Below, one piece after another: positions 1-10,702 of a stretch of 64,000 bases of DNA (its first letter is position 1; every line of letters starts with the position of its first letter). The translations under genes were made by a program, and so were the position numbers. This DNA is from an uncultured delta proteobacterium (GTDB taxonomy: Bacteria > Desulfobacterota > Desulfuromonadia > Geobacterales > Pseudopelobacteraceae), in NCBI GenBank assembly GCA_963772835.1, contig CAVYYZ010000009.1, forward strand, positions 32,001 to 96,000. Reading direction: 5' to 3'. The notes under the pieces are model-generated. The model ran no database searches and was not told the DNA's origin. It saw nothing but the letters and a program-made list of their open reading frames with translations.

Positions 1-1183
1 CGGCCACGGTGAGGTTGCTGTTGGGTGAACCGCCTCCTATCAGGCCGGTTTGAAGCCCGATTTCGTTCGATTTGTCCAGAGATACTTCGGCGATCAGCAC
101 CTGCACAAACACCTGTTTGCTGCGCCGATCCAGCTTTTTTATGACCTGGAGGAGGTTGGTATAGTCATTCGGGGATGCCATAATTACGAGTGAATTTGAC
201 GCTTTGTCAGGAGTAATGGTGATTTTGCCGCTTTCAAACGGAGAGGCCTGAGGCGCACCAGGCGTGGCAGGCGCCTGCACTGAAATACCCTTGACGACTC
301 CATCCATAACTTTTGCCATTTCGGTTGCATCGGTGTTTTCAAGGTAATAGACGTTGACTTTGCTGCTTGCTTCAGGCGATACGACATCCAGCTTGACGAC
401 CAGCTCGCGAACCGCTTTTTTGGTTGATTCGTTGCCGAAAATCAGCAGGGCATTCAACCGCTGGTCCGCCACAACATTTGTAGTACTCCCCCCCGCGCGT
501 GCAGCCGGCTGTCCGCCAGGCTTCCCGTCCGAGCCGTTCAGCCATTGTTGAATAATTTTCGCGGTACTTTCTGCCGAGGCGTTTTTGAGATAGATAATCT
601 CAAGCCCTTCCCGGGTCCGCTCGGTGTCTATTGACTGCAACAGACCGTGCAGCTTGCGAATATTTATTGCAGAATCAACCATCAGAAGCAGATTGCCGGG
701 GCCAAAGGCCGAAAGGTGTCCATCCTTTGAAATCATCGGCTGCAGAAACGTCAGCGCCTCCTGGGCGGTGATAAATTCCAGTTCGGTAACCTGGGCAACG
801 TAGCTCTCGTTGACAGGCGGAGTCTCGCCCGCCGGAAGCAGTGAAAAACCGGATTGCCTGGCGCCGGCCGAAGGAACGATCTTGGCGACCTTGCCGCTCT
901 GCACGACAATGAACCCCTTCAATTCCAGCACGGAGGTAAAAACATTATACGCCTCCTCTATCGAGAGCTTGGAGGGGGAGTACACTGAAATCTTCCCCTT
1001 TACCCGGTCATCGAGGATAAAGTTTTTGCCGGTCAGGTCACTGATGAACTTCACCATGGTGGAGATATCAACCTCGTTGAAATTCAACACCACCCCTTTG
1101 CCGCCTGCGGCCAGAACCGGTGAAGTAAAGAGCGCTCCCATAAGAACAAGGGTACAAAGTATGCGTAGTACGTAGCGTGTCAA
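1..1183 (-). CDS. gspD: Type II secretion system secretin GspD, partial (runs off the window start)
   Basis: TTG start at 1183 after GGAGG. Translation gives a signal peptide, then the secretin N0 motif LNFNEVDISTMVKFISDLTGKNFILDDRVKGKISV and the secretin-domain entry KKLDRRSKQVFVQVLIAEV. Lies directly downstream of gspC. Confidence 0.92.
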   Translation of the reverse strand, partial: MTRYVLRILCTLVLMGALFTSPVLAAGGKGVVLNFNEVDISTMVKFISDLTGKNFILDDRVKGKISVYSPSKLSIEEAYNVFTSVLELKGFIVVQSGKVAKIVPSAGARQSGFSLLPAGETPPVNESYVAQVTELEFITAQEALTFLQPMISKDGHLSAFGPGNLLLMVDSAINIRKLHGLLQSIDTERTREGLEIIYLKNASAESTAKIIQQWLNGSDGKPGGQPAARAGGSTTNVVADQRLNALLIFGNESTKKAVRELVVKLDVVSPEASSKVNVYYLENTDATEMAKVMDGVVKGISVQAPATPGAPQASPFESGKITITPDKASNSLVIMASPNDYTNLLQVIKKLDRRSKQVFVQVLIAEVSLDKSNEIGLQTGLIGGGSPNSNLTVA

Positions 1184-1208
1184 GTGTGCCTCCGGATTGC
1201 TGTTTACT

Positions 1209-2090
1209 TCATCTGATATCGTAATTGAACGTCTGCGGCTGCCCGTCACGGAGAATATCAAGTTTCAGCCGGTTCTGCCCCTTAAGGGCGATAAATGACT
1301 GAAGCGCCTTATCAGGCGAATCCATCGGGAAATCGTTCAAACGCAACAGAACGTCGCCGTTTTTAATGCCGATCATGCCGAAAACTCCGTTCGGTTTTAC
1401 CTCTGAAGCCCGAAAACCCTCGACTTTGCCATCCTTCTGACTCGGCAGGAGACGGGCATCACTCATGGCCTGGGCAGGATTATCCAGTGCGGCGTTGAGA
1501 GCCCGCTGATCGATAACATAACTTCCTGCACCAATGTTGGCCACCGCCGTGACCGTATGCGGTGCTCCGGTCGGTGGGATCTGGCCGGTCTGTGGAGAGG
1601 CAGGCGGCGTCATGGGGGTTAGCAACTCGACTTTTTTATTATTGATGACAATAAAAGCGCTTTCCTTGCGGACCTCAACCAGGCGTCCGGCATCGAAGAC
1701 CAGATCCCCCAACCGGAATACCCGTTCTTCCTGTTTTGTCGTATGCCGGACCAAAGCAAAAGTCTCGCGGAATGATCCAACGACCGTGCCGAGCAGCAGC
1801 AGTTCGGTCGGTGCAGTCGCCGGAGCGGCCTGAAGTGCGCCAGTAGCGTTTGTGATCGGCGTAAGCGCACCTTGAGCAGCCGAGCCAAATAACCCGGCAG
1901 TCAGAATCGGAGCGTAGAAGGAAAGATCTTCCGTACGGGGAGGGGGGACTGCTGTGGCCGAAAGGCCTCCCCCTTTGGGGAGAAAGGTCTGGCCAAGACG
2001 CGTGGAGAGCCGCTCTGTTGTGAGTCCTGCCAACAGGGCTATGATGGATATCCCGAGAATAATGTTTATGATAGTTACGGTACGCGACAT
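1209..2090 (-). CDS. gspC: Type II secretion system protein GspC (TM, HR and PDZ domains)
   Basis: N-terminal TM, LLGTVVG...ALV HR domain, C-terminal PDZ (GIKNGDVLLRLN...LRDGQ); adjacent to gspD. Confidence 0.9.
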   Translation of the reverse strand: MSRTVTIINIILGISIIALLAGLTTERLSTRLGQTFLPKGGGLSATAVPPPRTEDLSFYAPILTAGLFGSAAQGALTPITNATGALQAAPATAPTELLLLGTVVGSFRETFALVRHTTKQEERVFRLGDLVFDAGRLVEVRKESAFIVINNKKVELLTPMTPPASPQTGQIPPTGAPHTVTAVANIGAGSYVIDQRALNAALDNPAQAMSDARLLPSQKDGKVEGFRASEVKPNGVFGMIGIKNGDVLLRLNDFPMDSPDKALQSFIALKGQNRLKLDILRDGQPQTFNYDIR

Positions 2091-2104
2091 AAAACCCGAA
2101 TAAA

Positions 2105-2170
2105 AATGTTGGATTTTGAATGTTGGATTTTGAATTTCAATTCAACATTTACAATTCAAAACTCAAAATT
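2105..2170. repeat. Heptamer-based imperfect palindrome between dapF and gspC
   Basis: AATGTTG GATTTTG AATGTTG GATTTTG AATT-tc-AATT CAACATT TACAATT CAAAACT CAAAATT. Confidence 0.8.
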
Positions 2171-3005
2171 GATTCTCTATTTCCCCATTGAACACTTCCA
2201 CTGCCGGACCGGTCATGTAGATGTTACCGTCGTCAGCCCATTCCATTTCAAGATCACCGCCGGACAGGTGGTTGAGAATCTTTTTCTCTGTCAGACCGTT
2301 CAGAACGCAGGCCGCCGTGACGGCGCTGGAACCGGTGCCGCAGGCCAGTGTTTCACCGGCACCCCGTTCCCAGGTGCGCTGTCGGATCTCCGTCCGGGAA
2401 ATGATCTGGATAAACTCAACATTGGTGCGACGCGGAAAGATTTCATGGTTTTCTATGTGAGGACCGTACGTCGTGACCGGAAAACTGGCGACGTCATCAA
2501 CGAAGATGACGCAGTGAGGGTTGCCCATTGAAGCACAGGAAATCTTGAAGGTTCTATCAAGCACGGTCAACTCCACCGCAACGGCTGTTGCATCAGGGTC
2601 ACCGGTCATGGGGATTTCAGCACGGGTAAGGCGCGGAGGACCCATGTTGACCCGCACCTTCGCGATCTTTCCGTCGTCACCGGGAAAAAGCCGTAACGTC
2701 AGAATACCGGCCCCGGTCTCGGCGGTAATCTCCGTCTTAGCAACAACACCGTGATCATACGCATATTTCGCGACACAACGAATACCATTGCCGCACATCT
2801 CTGACTCAGAGCCGTCGGAGTTAAACATCCTCATACGCAGGTCTGCAACGTCCGAAGGCATGATCAGAATCAACCCATCCGAACCGATACCGAAATTACG
2901 GTTTGAAACCTGTATGGCGGTGCGCTGCGGGTCACTGACCGTCTCCTCAAAACAGTTCACATAGACGTAATCATTTCCGGCGCCCTGCATCTTGGTAAAT
3001 TTCAT
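2163..3005 (-). CDS. dapF: Diaminopimelate epimerase
   Basis: [38 protein letters not shown] motifs; start placed at ATG 3005. Confidence 0.97.
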   Translation of the reverse strand: MKFTKMQGAGNDYVYVNCFEETVSDPQRTAIQVSNRNFGIGSDGLILIMPSDVADLRMRMFNSDGSESEMCGNGIRCVAKYAYDHGVVAKTEITAETGAGILTLRLFPGDDGKIAKVRVNMGPPRLTRAEIPMTGDPDATAVAVELTVLDRTFKISCASMGNPHCVIFVDDVASFPVTTYGPHIENHEIFPRRTNVEFIQIISRTEIRQRTWERGAGETLACGTGSSAVTAACVLNGLTEKKILNHLSGGDLEMEWADDGNIYMTGPAVEVFNGEIENQF

Positions 3006-3180
3006 CGAAGGTAGTCCCCTTATTAGTAAAAATCGACTTTGTAACATAGCAAAAATAGAGCGCGGCAACAAGCAGTTTAATCTTATTTTTCCGCTTGAAA
3101 CAGTGCGATTGCCAAGTCATTGTCGAGCGGCTATACTCATTCCGATGTAGTGACATTTCAACTCAAGAGGAATTACTGTC

Positions 3181-3711
3181 ATGGTCAAAGCGTTTCAAGG
3201 CATCCACCCAATCATCGACCCGACAGCTTTTGTCGCCGAAACCGCCGTAATAATCGGCGATGTCAAAATGGGGGCGCATTCAAGTGTCTGGTACAACTGC
3301 GTTGTTCGCGGCGATGTCAACCATATCCGTATCGGTGCCCGCAGTAACGTGCAGGACCTGTCCATGCTGCACGTTACCCACAAAAAACATGCCGATGACC
3401 CCGGTGCACCGCTGATCATCGGTGATGACGTCACCGTCGGTCACAGTGTGACACTGCATGGCTGCACCTTGCAGAACGGATGTTTTATCGGGATGCAGGC
3501 CATGGTGATGGACAATGCCGTGGTAGGCGAAGGTGCGCTGATAGGTGCACGGGCGCTGGTGACCGAAGGAACAGTCATCCCTCCCCGCACCCTCTGGATC
3601 GGAGCACCGGCCAAATATAAGCGCGACCTGACCCCGGATGAGGTGGCCTGGCTGAAAAAATCACCCGGTAACTATGTGAAATACTCCCTGCAGTACATAA
3701 ATGACAAATAA
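3181..3711 (+). CDS. Gamma-carbonic anhydrase family (YrdA/CaiE-like) hexapeptide-repeat protein
   Basis: IGDV...VRGDVN, NVQD...LH, VGH...LHGC hexapeptide repeats; RBS GAGG. Confidence 0.9.
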   Translation: MVKAFQGIHPIIDPTAFVAETAVIIGDVKMGAHSSVWYNCVVRGDVNHIRIGARSNVQDLSMLHVTHKKHADDPGAPLIIGDDVTVGHSVTLHGCTLQNGCFIGMQAMVMDNAVVGEGALIGARALVTEGTVIPPRTLWIGAPAKYKRDLTPDEVAWLKKSPGNYVKYSLQYINDK

Positions 3712-3825
3712 GTCGGCATATTGGCGCTCGTCCGCTCCTTCTGAGCATCTTCTCCCCGATGGCGAAGGAATACCCGGCGCTTCCCTGCCTCCGGGAGATG
3801 GCAACAAAAGACTGAGTGAGGGAAT

Positions 3826-5079
3826 ATGAACTGGCTTTCCCACATAGGCAAAAAAGCCTCGCGCCTGGCCTCACTGGAACTGTTCCGTTATATCGGGCCA
3901 GGTTTTTTTGTCACGGTCGGCTTCATCGATCCGGGCAACTGGGTTACCAATGTAGCAGCCGGCTCACAGTTCGGCTATCAGCTGCTCTGGGTAGTATCGC
4001 TCTCCACAGTTATCCTCATTGTAGTGCAGCATAATGCCGCACACCTCGGTATTGTCACCGGCCTCTGTCTTTCCGAAGCCGCCTCAAAATATTTTAAACC
4101 ATGGCTGCGGATCCTCATGCTCGGAAGTGCAATGATTGCCTGCGTTGCCACAGCCCTGGCAGAACTTCTGGGAGCGGCCATCGGCCTTAACATGCTGACC
4201 GGCCTTCCGCTTTCCGTCGGAGCAGTTTTATCTGCAGGTTTTTCGGCATGGATGCTTTTTTCAAAAAACTACCAACGACTTGAAAAATGGATTATGGGTT
4301 TCGTCTCCCTGATCGGCCTGGCATTCATCTTCGAAATCTGGCTTGCAGATGTCTCGTGGCTGCAGACAGCAGTCGGCTGGGTGACGCCATCCTTTCCAGC
4401 CGGAGCACTGACCGTCATTATGGCTGTATTGGGCGCGGTTGTCATGCCGCACAATATCTTCCTTCATTCTGAAGTCATCCAGAGCCGCCAATGGAATGCA
4501 CAGGGCGATGATGTCATACAGAAACAGCTCAAATATGAATTTATGGACACACTGACAGGGATGGGCGCCGGATGGGCTATCAACAGCGCCATGATCATAG
4601 TGGCCGCGGCTGTATTCTATAAAAACGGCATCGTCGTAAACGAGCTGCCGCAGGTCACCATGACGCTGGAGCCGATCTTCGGCCGGGCCTCTGCAGTTGT
4701 TTTTGCTCTTGGGCTCCTTTTTGCGGGACTCGCATCGTCAGTAACCGCCGCAATGGCGGGCGGCAGTGTCTTTGCGGGGATCTTTATCGAGCCATTCGAC
4801 ATCAACGACCCTCATTCACGGATCGGCCTGGGCATCACGCTTTTGGGCGCACTGGCGGCTATCCTGCTGCTGTCAGATCCATTCAATGGAATCCTCTGGA
4901 GCCAGGTCGTCCTTTCCCTGCAACTCCCGCTGACTATTGTCCCGCTGATCCTGTTGACCTCTTCGAAAAAAGTCATGGGCGAATATGCCAACAAGACCTA
5001 TGGAGCGATCGTACTCTGGGCTGTGGGGATGATTGTAATCGTGCTTAATATCGCCTTACTGGTTGATTTGGCTCGCTAG
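3826..5079 (+). CDS. mntH: NRAMP family divalent metal transporter
   Basis: DPGN and VMPHN motifs; about 11 TM helices. Confidence 0.88.
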   Translation: MNWLSHIGKKASRLASLELFRYIGPGFFVTVGFIDPGNWVTNVAAGSQFGYQLLWVVSLSTVILIVVQHNAAHLGIVTGLCLSEAASKYFKPWLRILMLGSAMIACVATALAELLGAAIGLNMLTGLPLSVGAVLSAGFSAWMLFSKNYQRLEKWIMGFVSLIGLAFIFEIWLADVSWLQTAVGWVTPSFPAGALTVIMAVLGAVVMPHNIFLHSEVIQSRQWNAQGDDVIQKQLKYEFMDTLTGMGAGWAINSAMIIVAAAVFYKNGIVVNELPQVTMTLEPIFGRASAVVFALGLLFAGLASSVTAAMAGGSVFAGIFIEPFDINDPHSRIGLGITLLGALAAILLLSDPFNGILWSQVVLSLQLPLTIVPLILLTSSKKVMGEYANKTYGAIVLWAVGMIVIVLNIALLVDLAR

Positions 5080-5164
5080 GGAAGCCACAAACAGCCCAAA
5101 AACCACCTTGCCTGAGTGGTCTGATTCTGTTATTTTTGGGCAATTATCAGGAAGGTTGGCAGGC

Positions 5165-5929
5165 ATGAAAATCACTATTTTAGGTTGCGGCACCTCCACC
5201 GGGGTTCCGATGGTCGGTTGCGACTGCCCGGTCTGCACCTCAACCGACCCCAGGGACAAACGTACGCGCGCGTCACTTTTGATGTGCTATGATAATCACA
5301 CCGTTTTGATCGACACATCCACTGATTTGAGAGAGCAGGCACTACGGCAGCATATCAGGCGCATTGACGCCGTGCTTTTCAGCCACGCCCACGCCGACCA
5401 TGTCAATGGCATTGACGACCTGCGCGGATTTCATTTTATCCACAAAGAGGTTCTCCCCTGCTTTGCCTCACGGGAAACCCTTGAAACGCTGCTGAACGGC
5501 TTCAGTTATATTTTTAATGAACATGAAGGTTCCGGCTACACGCCGTTACTGGCCGCCCATGAGATCAATTCTCCTTTTACGCTGTTCGGGCAGACGGTCA
5601 TCCCTATTCCGCTGCTGCATGGCAGAACCATCTCGCTTGGCTACCGAATCGGGGGTTTTGCCTACCTGACCGACTGCAGTGCCATTCCGGATGCATCATT
5701 TGAACTGCTGCAGGGACTGGATCTGCTTGTGCTTGACGGCCTGCGATGGGAAGAGCACCCGTTTCATTTTAACATCCCGGGTGCAATTGCTGCGGCTCGA
5801 CAGCTGAAAGCCACTCGCACGGTACTGACCCATCTCACCCATCAGATCGCGTATGCTGAAGGGGCCAAGCTGCCACCCGGTTTTGAGCTGGCGTACGATG
5901 GCATGGAATTCGATATGGAGCGATTCTGA
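5165..5929 (+). CDS. MBL-fold metallohydrolase (PhnP-like phosphodiesterase)
   Basis: LGCGTSTGVP..GC.C..C N-terminus, HAHADH, YLTD, THLTH. Confidence 0.9.
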   Translation: MKITILGCGTSTGVPMVGCDCPVCTSTDPRDKRTRASLLMCYDNHTVLIDTSTDLREQALRQHIRRIDAVLFSHAHADHVNGIDDLRGFHFIHKEVLPCFASRETLETLLNGFSYIFNEHEGSGYTPLLAAHEINSPFTLFGQTVIPIPLLHGRTISLGYRIGGFAYLTDCSAIPDASFELLQGLDLLVLDGLRWEEHPFHFNIPGAIAAARQLKATRTVLTHLTHQIAYAEGAKLPPGFELAYDGMEFDMERF

Positions 5930-5967
5930 TTTCAGAGTACCGGTGAAATCAGTGTGAGGAGAAAGCG

Positions 5968-7806
5968 ATGCATAAGGACATTCGGCTGCACGGCATGATG
6001 GGCGGGCAGACAGAGTATTTTGTCATGGTGGTCGGCAACGATGCCTACCAACGCTATTTTTTCAACATTGTCCAGGAGGAGGATCATCTCCGAATTTTCT
6101 CTCCCGGCAACGAAATGGTCCTTTCACCTGAGGGAGTCAGCTATCAAGGCAACGGCGGCAATTTTTGCGAATATATGTTCGGAGTAGATCAACCTTCTTC
6201 CGATGTTTCAAAACCGGAAATCGTCAATCGCCTGATTATGTACGGGGCTCACTCCGGCGAAGATGGTGCCGTTCGCTTCAGTGATCGTACATCCGGCACG
6301 GAATCATACGACTCCATTTTTTTCGAAGGAAATGCTGTCTGCAACTATTTCTACTTTGTTCACTCCAATCTGCTTTCCCGTAAATTGAAAAACCAGCAAG
6401 AGGAGCTTGTCAAGCGTCTCGGCAAGACAATTAAGCGTTCAGAGGCTATCGGCGACGAGCGTGATGATGTCCTTGTATCCGAGCTGTTTCCGTTATTACG
6501 AGATGAATCCTCCCAACTTTTTGTAGTCAAGCTGATCAATCGCCACCATCGTGAATATCGCGACCTCTTTCGCAGCTTCTATTTCAAAAACAAAAAAATA
6601 TCTGATGAGGATTTCAGTCGACTGGTGGCTGTCGCTTCCACACATAAAATTGACCGCTATCAACAGGAACGTATCAGAATTGATGCAATGTACCGTAGTC
6701 CTTCAAATAAACGAATTGTTGACGAGTATCGCAATATCCTGCTGACATGCAATTCCAAGGGTGAGATCAGTAACCTTGACAATGCCCGTCTGACTCGTCT
6801 GAAAACGTTGTCGGTCCGCAATAAAATTCCGGGGGCATTGTTTTACACCCTGGATGAGATGTTGAAAAAGGGGCGCAATCTCAAAAAGGATAATGAACCC
6901 GAGTATATCGCAGCAACCCGCGAAATCCTGCAAGGTATCTTTTTTCGGGAGATTGACATTGAAAGCCGCATAGACCGGAATGATATGCTCAAGCTGATTC
7001 AGGGCAAGAAAACGGCGATGGAACATCGCGATCATTCCTACGACCAATTGATGCTGGATGCCAGCAAGGAGTGCGATGAAAAAATCCGGGATGGCGCCGA
7101 CTCTTCGCTTCTGGATGGCTTCTCATATGTCATCACATATCTTGATCGCTTCGATACCGTTTCAAATCTGATCAGCCAGCTGGCTTTCATGGAAAACGTC
7201 CGGATCAATGAGGAAATGCTGCGTGGTTTGCTGGAGCATAAAGCCGCTTTTGACAATCTGCATGAAGATTGTTTTCAGGGGCTGTTTATCAGGGAACTCT
7301 TTGCAAACGCCTATCTTGGAAATTTCGGGCGGCGTAAAGTAAAAACGCTCATGGAAGGGCTGGCGGCAATAGAAGCGCTGGAATCAACAATTGAAGAGCT
7401 GTACCAGCAATTAACCGACATAGACCAGGAGGAACGCATTTCGATTGTACTTCTGGAGCATGTGCGTGACCGTATCCGCAATTTCTACTCCAAATTCACC
7501 ACCAAGGCTGACCAGGAGGCATTGCGACGCGAGGTGGTCGAGGAGTTGAGAACAAAGAAACGTATCAGTGCGGGCATTCCGGATCACCTTTTTAACGAAG
7601 CCATCTTTACCATCAAGAGAGAGGCCATGTACCTGCATTCGCTGCTGCCGCAAGTCATTGCGGAACGCAATGTAGCCCTGCGTGAGGACTTTCTTGAAAA
7701 TTCGGGGCTTGATCGGTTCTATGTCGAAGAGCTGGAACGGGAGTACTTTGAAAAAAACGCCCTGAACATTGAAGATCTGTACCAGATCAGGAAAGGGCTC
7801 AGCTGA
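5968..7806 (+). CDS. Conserved Geobacteraceae protein, TIGR04442-like, function unknown
   Basis: 612-aa soluble ORF between an MBL hydrolase and a GAF sigma54 activator, the context I recall for this family. C-terminal motif LREDFLENSGLDRFYVEELE. Family name recalled, not searched. Confidence 0.7.
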   Translation: MHKDIRLHGMMGGQTEYFVMVVGNDAYQRYFFNIVQEEDHLRIFSPGNEMVLSPEGVSYQGNGGNFCEYMFGVDQPSSDVSKPEIVNRLIMYGAHSGEDGAVRFSDRTSGTESYDSIFFEGNAVCNYFYFVHSNLLSRKLKNQQEELVKRLGKTIKRSEAIGDERDDVLVSELFPLLRDESSQLFVVKLINRHHREYRDLFRSFYFKNKKISDEDFSRLVAVASTHKIDRYQQERIRIDAMYRSPSNKRIVDEYRNILLTCNSKGEISNLDNARLTRLKTLSVRNKIPGALFYTLDEMLKKGRNLKKDNEPEYIAATREILQGIFFREIDIESRIDRNDMLKLIQGKKTAMEHRDHSYDQLMLDASKECDEKIRDGADSSLLDGFSYVITYLDRFDTVSNLISQLAFMENVRINEEMLRGLLEHKAAFDNLHEDCFQGLFIRELFANAYLGNFGRRKVKTLMEGLAAIEALESTIEELYQQLTDIDQEERISIVLLEHVRDRIRNFYSKFTTKADQEALRREVVEELRTKKRISAGIPDHLFNEAIFTIKREAMYLHSLLPQVIAERNVALREDFLENSGLDRFYVEELEREYFEKNALNIEDLYQIRKGLS

Positions 7807-7810
7807 CGTC

Positions 7811-10627
7811 ATGTCGATATCAACGCGTTTTAAGGACTTTCAGTCTGCAACAGCTGCCTACGGCAAAGAGAATCTCGGAGAACTGCTGTATGCTCTGGCT
7901 GAAAATACCAAACAGCTGTCGGGGTGCGAACAGATCCGCATTTACCTGGAAGACCTGACCCGGGGCACTCTTACCTGTGTCCATGCCACCGGTCCACTCG
8001 GCAAAGAGCTCGTAGAGACAACATTTCCGATTGTTTCACAGAAAGTTTCCGTTTCCAACGTGTTTGCCACCCAGACTCCGGAGGATTTCAAGCTCTCCGG
8101 AGTTACCAGAACCTCCCCCGATTACGAATGTGCAACTCGCTTCAGATTCCGCTCCAGCTATCATCATGCCGATCGTCAGTCTGGGGAAATCGATCGGGGT
8201 CCTCTGTATCGATCAGGACCACCCCGGCGAAGTAGTGGGCAGCCGCGCAAAAACAGAGCTCTGGCAGAGCTGGCCGGTTATTGTGGCCGACCATCTTGAT
8301 CAGGCCAGAATTTATCACCAGCAGGTGCGTCTGGCCGGCGACTTGAAGAGTTCAAGGCTCGCGAAGCGGCCGGAATGATGGTTAGATCGGCCGTTAAACT
8401 GATTGAGAAGGTTTCTCTGGCAGCTGTGCTGGTACCGAATCATCAAGAGGGTGTTTCAGGTGCTCTTGAAAATCTGGCCAGTTACTCGACCGATGAAAAA
8501 CTTAAAAAAACGTATGATCAGCTGGGAGCGCTCGATCTCCGCAAGGGGATGTCGCTGATATCCAACTATATTAACGATCAGGGACTGATCACTGATGATC
8601 GCCTGTTAAAACCTCTCTTTATCCCTGACCTGACTCAGCACAACCTGCAGAAAAGGGCACTGACCGAGTCAATGGAGCTGCGTTCACTGTACGTCGTTCC
8701 GCGTTTCAATCCGGAAACACGGCGCATAATCTGCCTGCTTAATTACTACTCTCATGATTTATACCAATTCAGCGATTTTGAGATGGGTCTGCTGCAGACG
8801 CATGCCGAAATGGTCGAAAAGGTCATTAGTGAGGTCGGTAGTGAACACCTTGAAATCCGTGTGCTGTCAGAAATCAGTGACCTATTAAACGAACGGACTG
8901 AGAGTCTGCAGCCATTTTTAACAAGAGTTCTTTCAAAAGCAACAGAACTGATCGGAGCAGATACCGGCAGCATAGCAGTCGTGAGTGAGCGGGACGGCAC
9001 TAAATGGCTGATTGTTGAGGACAAGAACGGAGTAATCATTGGCGCCAAGAACAAGGAGTGGCTGAAAAAATACATCCCTCCTCTTATGGTCGGGGGAAAT
9101 GAACTGCCAAAAGAAGAGCGGAGCCTGACAGGATATGTCGCTTTTACCAAGCGATCAAAAATTACCGCCCGGGTGGAAGCTGAATTGATGGGAAGCGGTT
9201 TCCATCGTTCCATGAGTGCACTTTTAAAGAGCGAAATCGCGGTACCGATAATCTGTGATGGTGAAGTCATCGCCGTTATCTGTCTCAACTCGCTGCAGTA
9301 CGATTATTTTCGTGAAGAGCACCGCCGCATCCTGCAGATTATCGGTTCACTGACGGCGCGTCACATATCCGATCTGCAACGTATCGAGCGCCTGCAGGGC
9401 GAGGTAAACCGGCTTACAACCGATGTTGCATACAAGGATCCGCACGTCTCTTCATATCGACTCGGCAACATCATCGGCAACAGCCGGAAATCCCAGGAGG
9501 TCGTCGATTTTATAAACACCGTATCGCCGCCTCTCTTCAATCGCATCGTATTCTGGTCCCGCAATATTCTCCAGGAGGCGACCATCGGACTTCCTTCAAT
9601 TCTGGTGACCGGTCAAACCGGTTCCGGCAAGGAGTTCTTTTTCAACAACCTTTACAACACGCTTAATGGTTTGTATCGACGCGATATCAATCCCGGCGGC
9701 GAATTGCCGGTCAAAAAAACAAATATCGCCGCATATTCGGGTGACCTGACCTATTCGGAACTGTTCGGGCATAAGAAAGGAGCATTTACCGGAGCATATA
9801 CCGATCGGCGCGGGATTCTGGAAGAGAACATCGGCGGCATCGTCTTCCTGGATGAAATTGGTGATGCCGATCCCAAGACCCAGGTACAGTTGCTGCGTTT
9901 TCTTGATAATGGCGGCTTCATGCGGCTCGGAGAAAATACAGAACGATACAGCAGGGTGCTTCTTGTTGCTGCAACCAACAAGAATCTGTCCGATGAGATT
10001 GCTGCCGGGCGGTTTCGTGAGGATCTCTACCACCGTCTTTCAGAGCTTTCAATACGCCTGCCGTCACTCAACGAACGGCGCGAGGATATACCCGATCTGT
10101 CGGTTCATTTTCTTGGTAAACTCTACCGTACGTACCGTGCCGAGCATGACACGGGAGAGACACCGCCATACCTGACCAAAGACGCGAAAGACATCCTCAT
10201 GCACCACAGCTACAAGGGTAACATCCGAGAGTTACGCAGTATTCTCCTTCGAGCGCTTTTTTTCAGAAGAAAGAATGTCATAACGGGTGATGCAATAACT
10301 GAGGCTATTGCCGGTACCGGACGCCTGGAAGGGCTTACGTCATCTGTAACGCATGATCTTGACCAACGCGTGGCAGGTGAAATAATTGACAGGATTGCAG
10401 CAGGCGGTGATTTTTGGGCGGATATTTATGAACCTTTTTCACGCAACGACATTTCGCGCGAAACGGTCCGAATGATTATCGAGCAGGCGCGGGCTAAATC
10501 AGGTAAAACCATGCCGGCAGTGGCACGTTATCTTAATGCTCTTACACATGGATCAGGGAAAGAGGAGGAGCAGCGACAGCTGTTTCGATTCAAGAATTTC
10601 CTTTATAAGACGGTACGGATCGGATAG
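7811..10627 (+). CDS. Multi-GAF sigma54-dependent transcriptional activator (bEBP), frameshifted in its N-terminal part
   Basis: Walker A GQTGSGKE, GAFTGA, FLDEIG, FREDLYHRL, GNIREL. The N-terminal GAF region is split across ORFs 7769-8299, 8031-8378 and 8375-10627 by compensating indels at ~8160-8340. Confidence 0.88.
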
Positions 10628-10662
10628 CGGAACCCACCGTTCTAAACTGCCAACTACTATGT

Positions 10663-10696
10663 ACACCCCGCCGGTTATACCGACGGGGTGTTTTTT
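10663..10696 (+). terminator. Intrinsic terminator between convergent genes
   Basis: ACACCCCGCCGG-ttata-CCGACGGGGTGT followed by a T run. Confidence 0.8.
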
Positions 10697-10702
10697 GTGT
10701 AT

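Noticed and set aside
3712..3825. Mn or Mg riboswitch upstream of the NRAMP gene
   Set aside because: No yybP-ykoY or M-box consensus is recognisable and there is no terminator.
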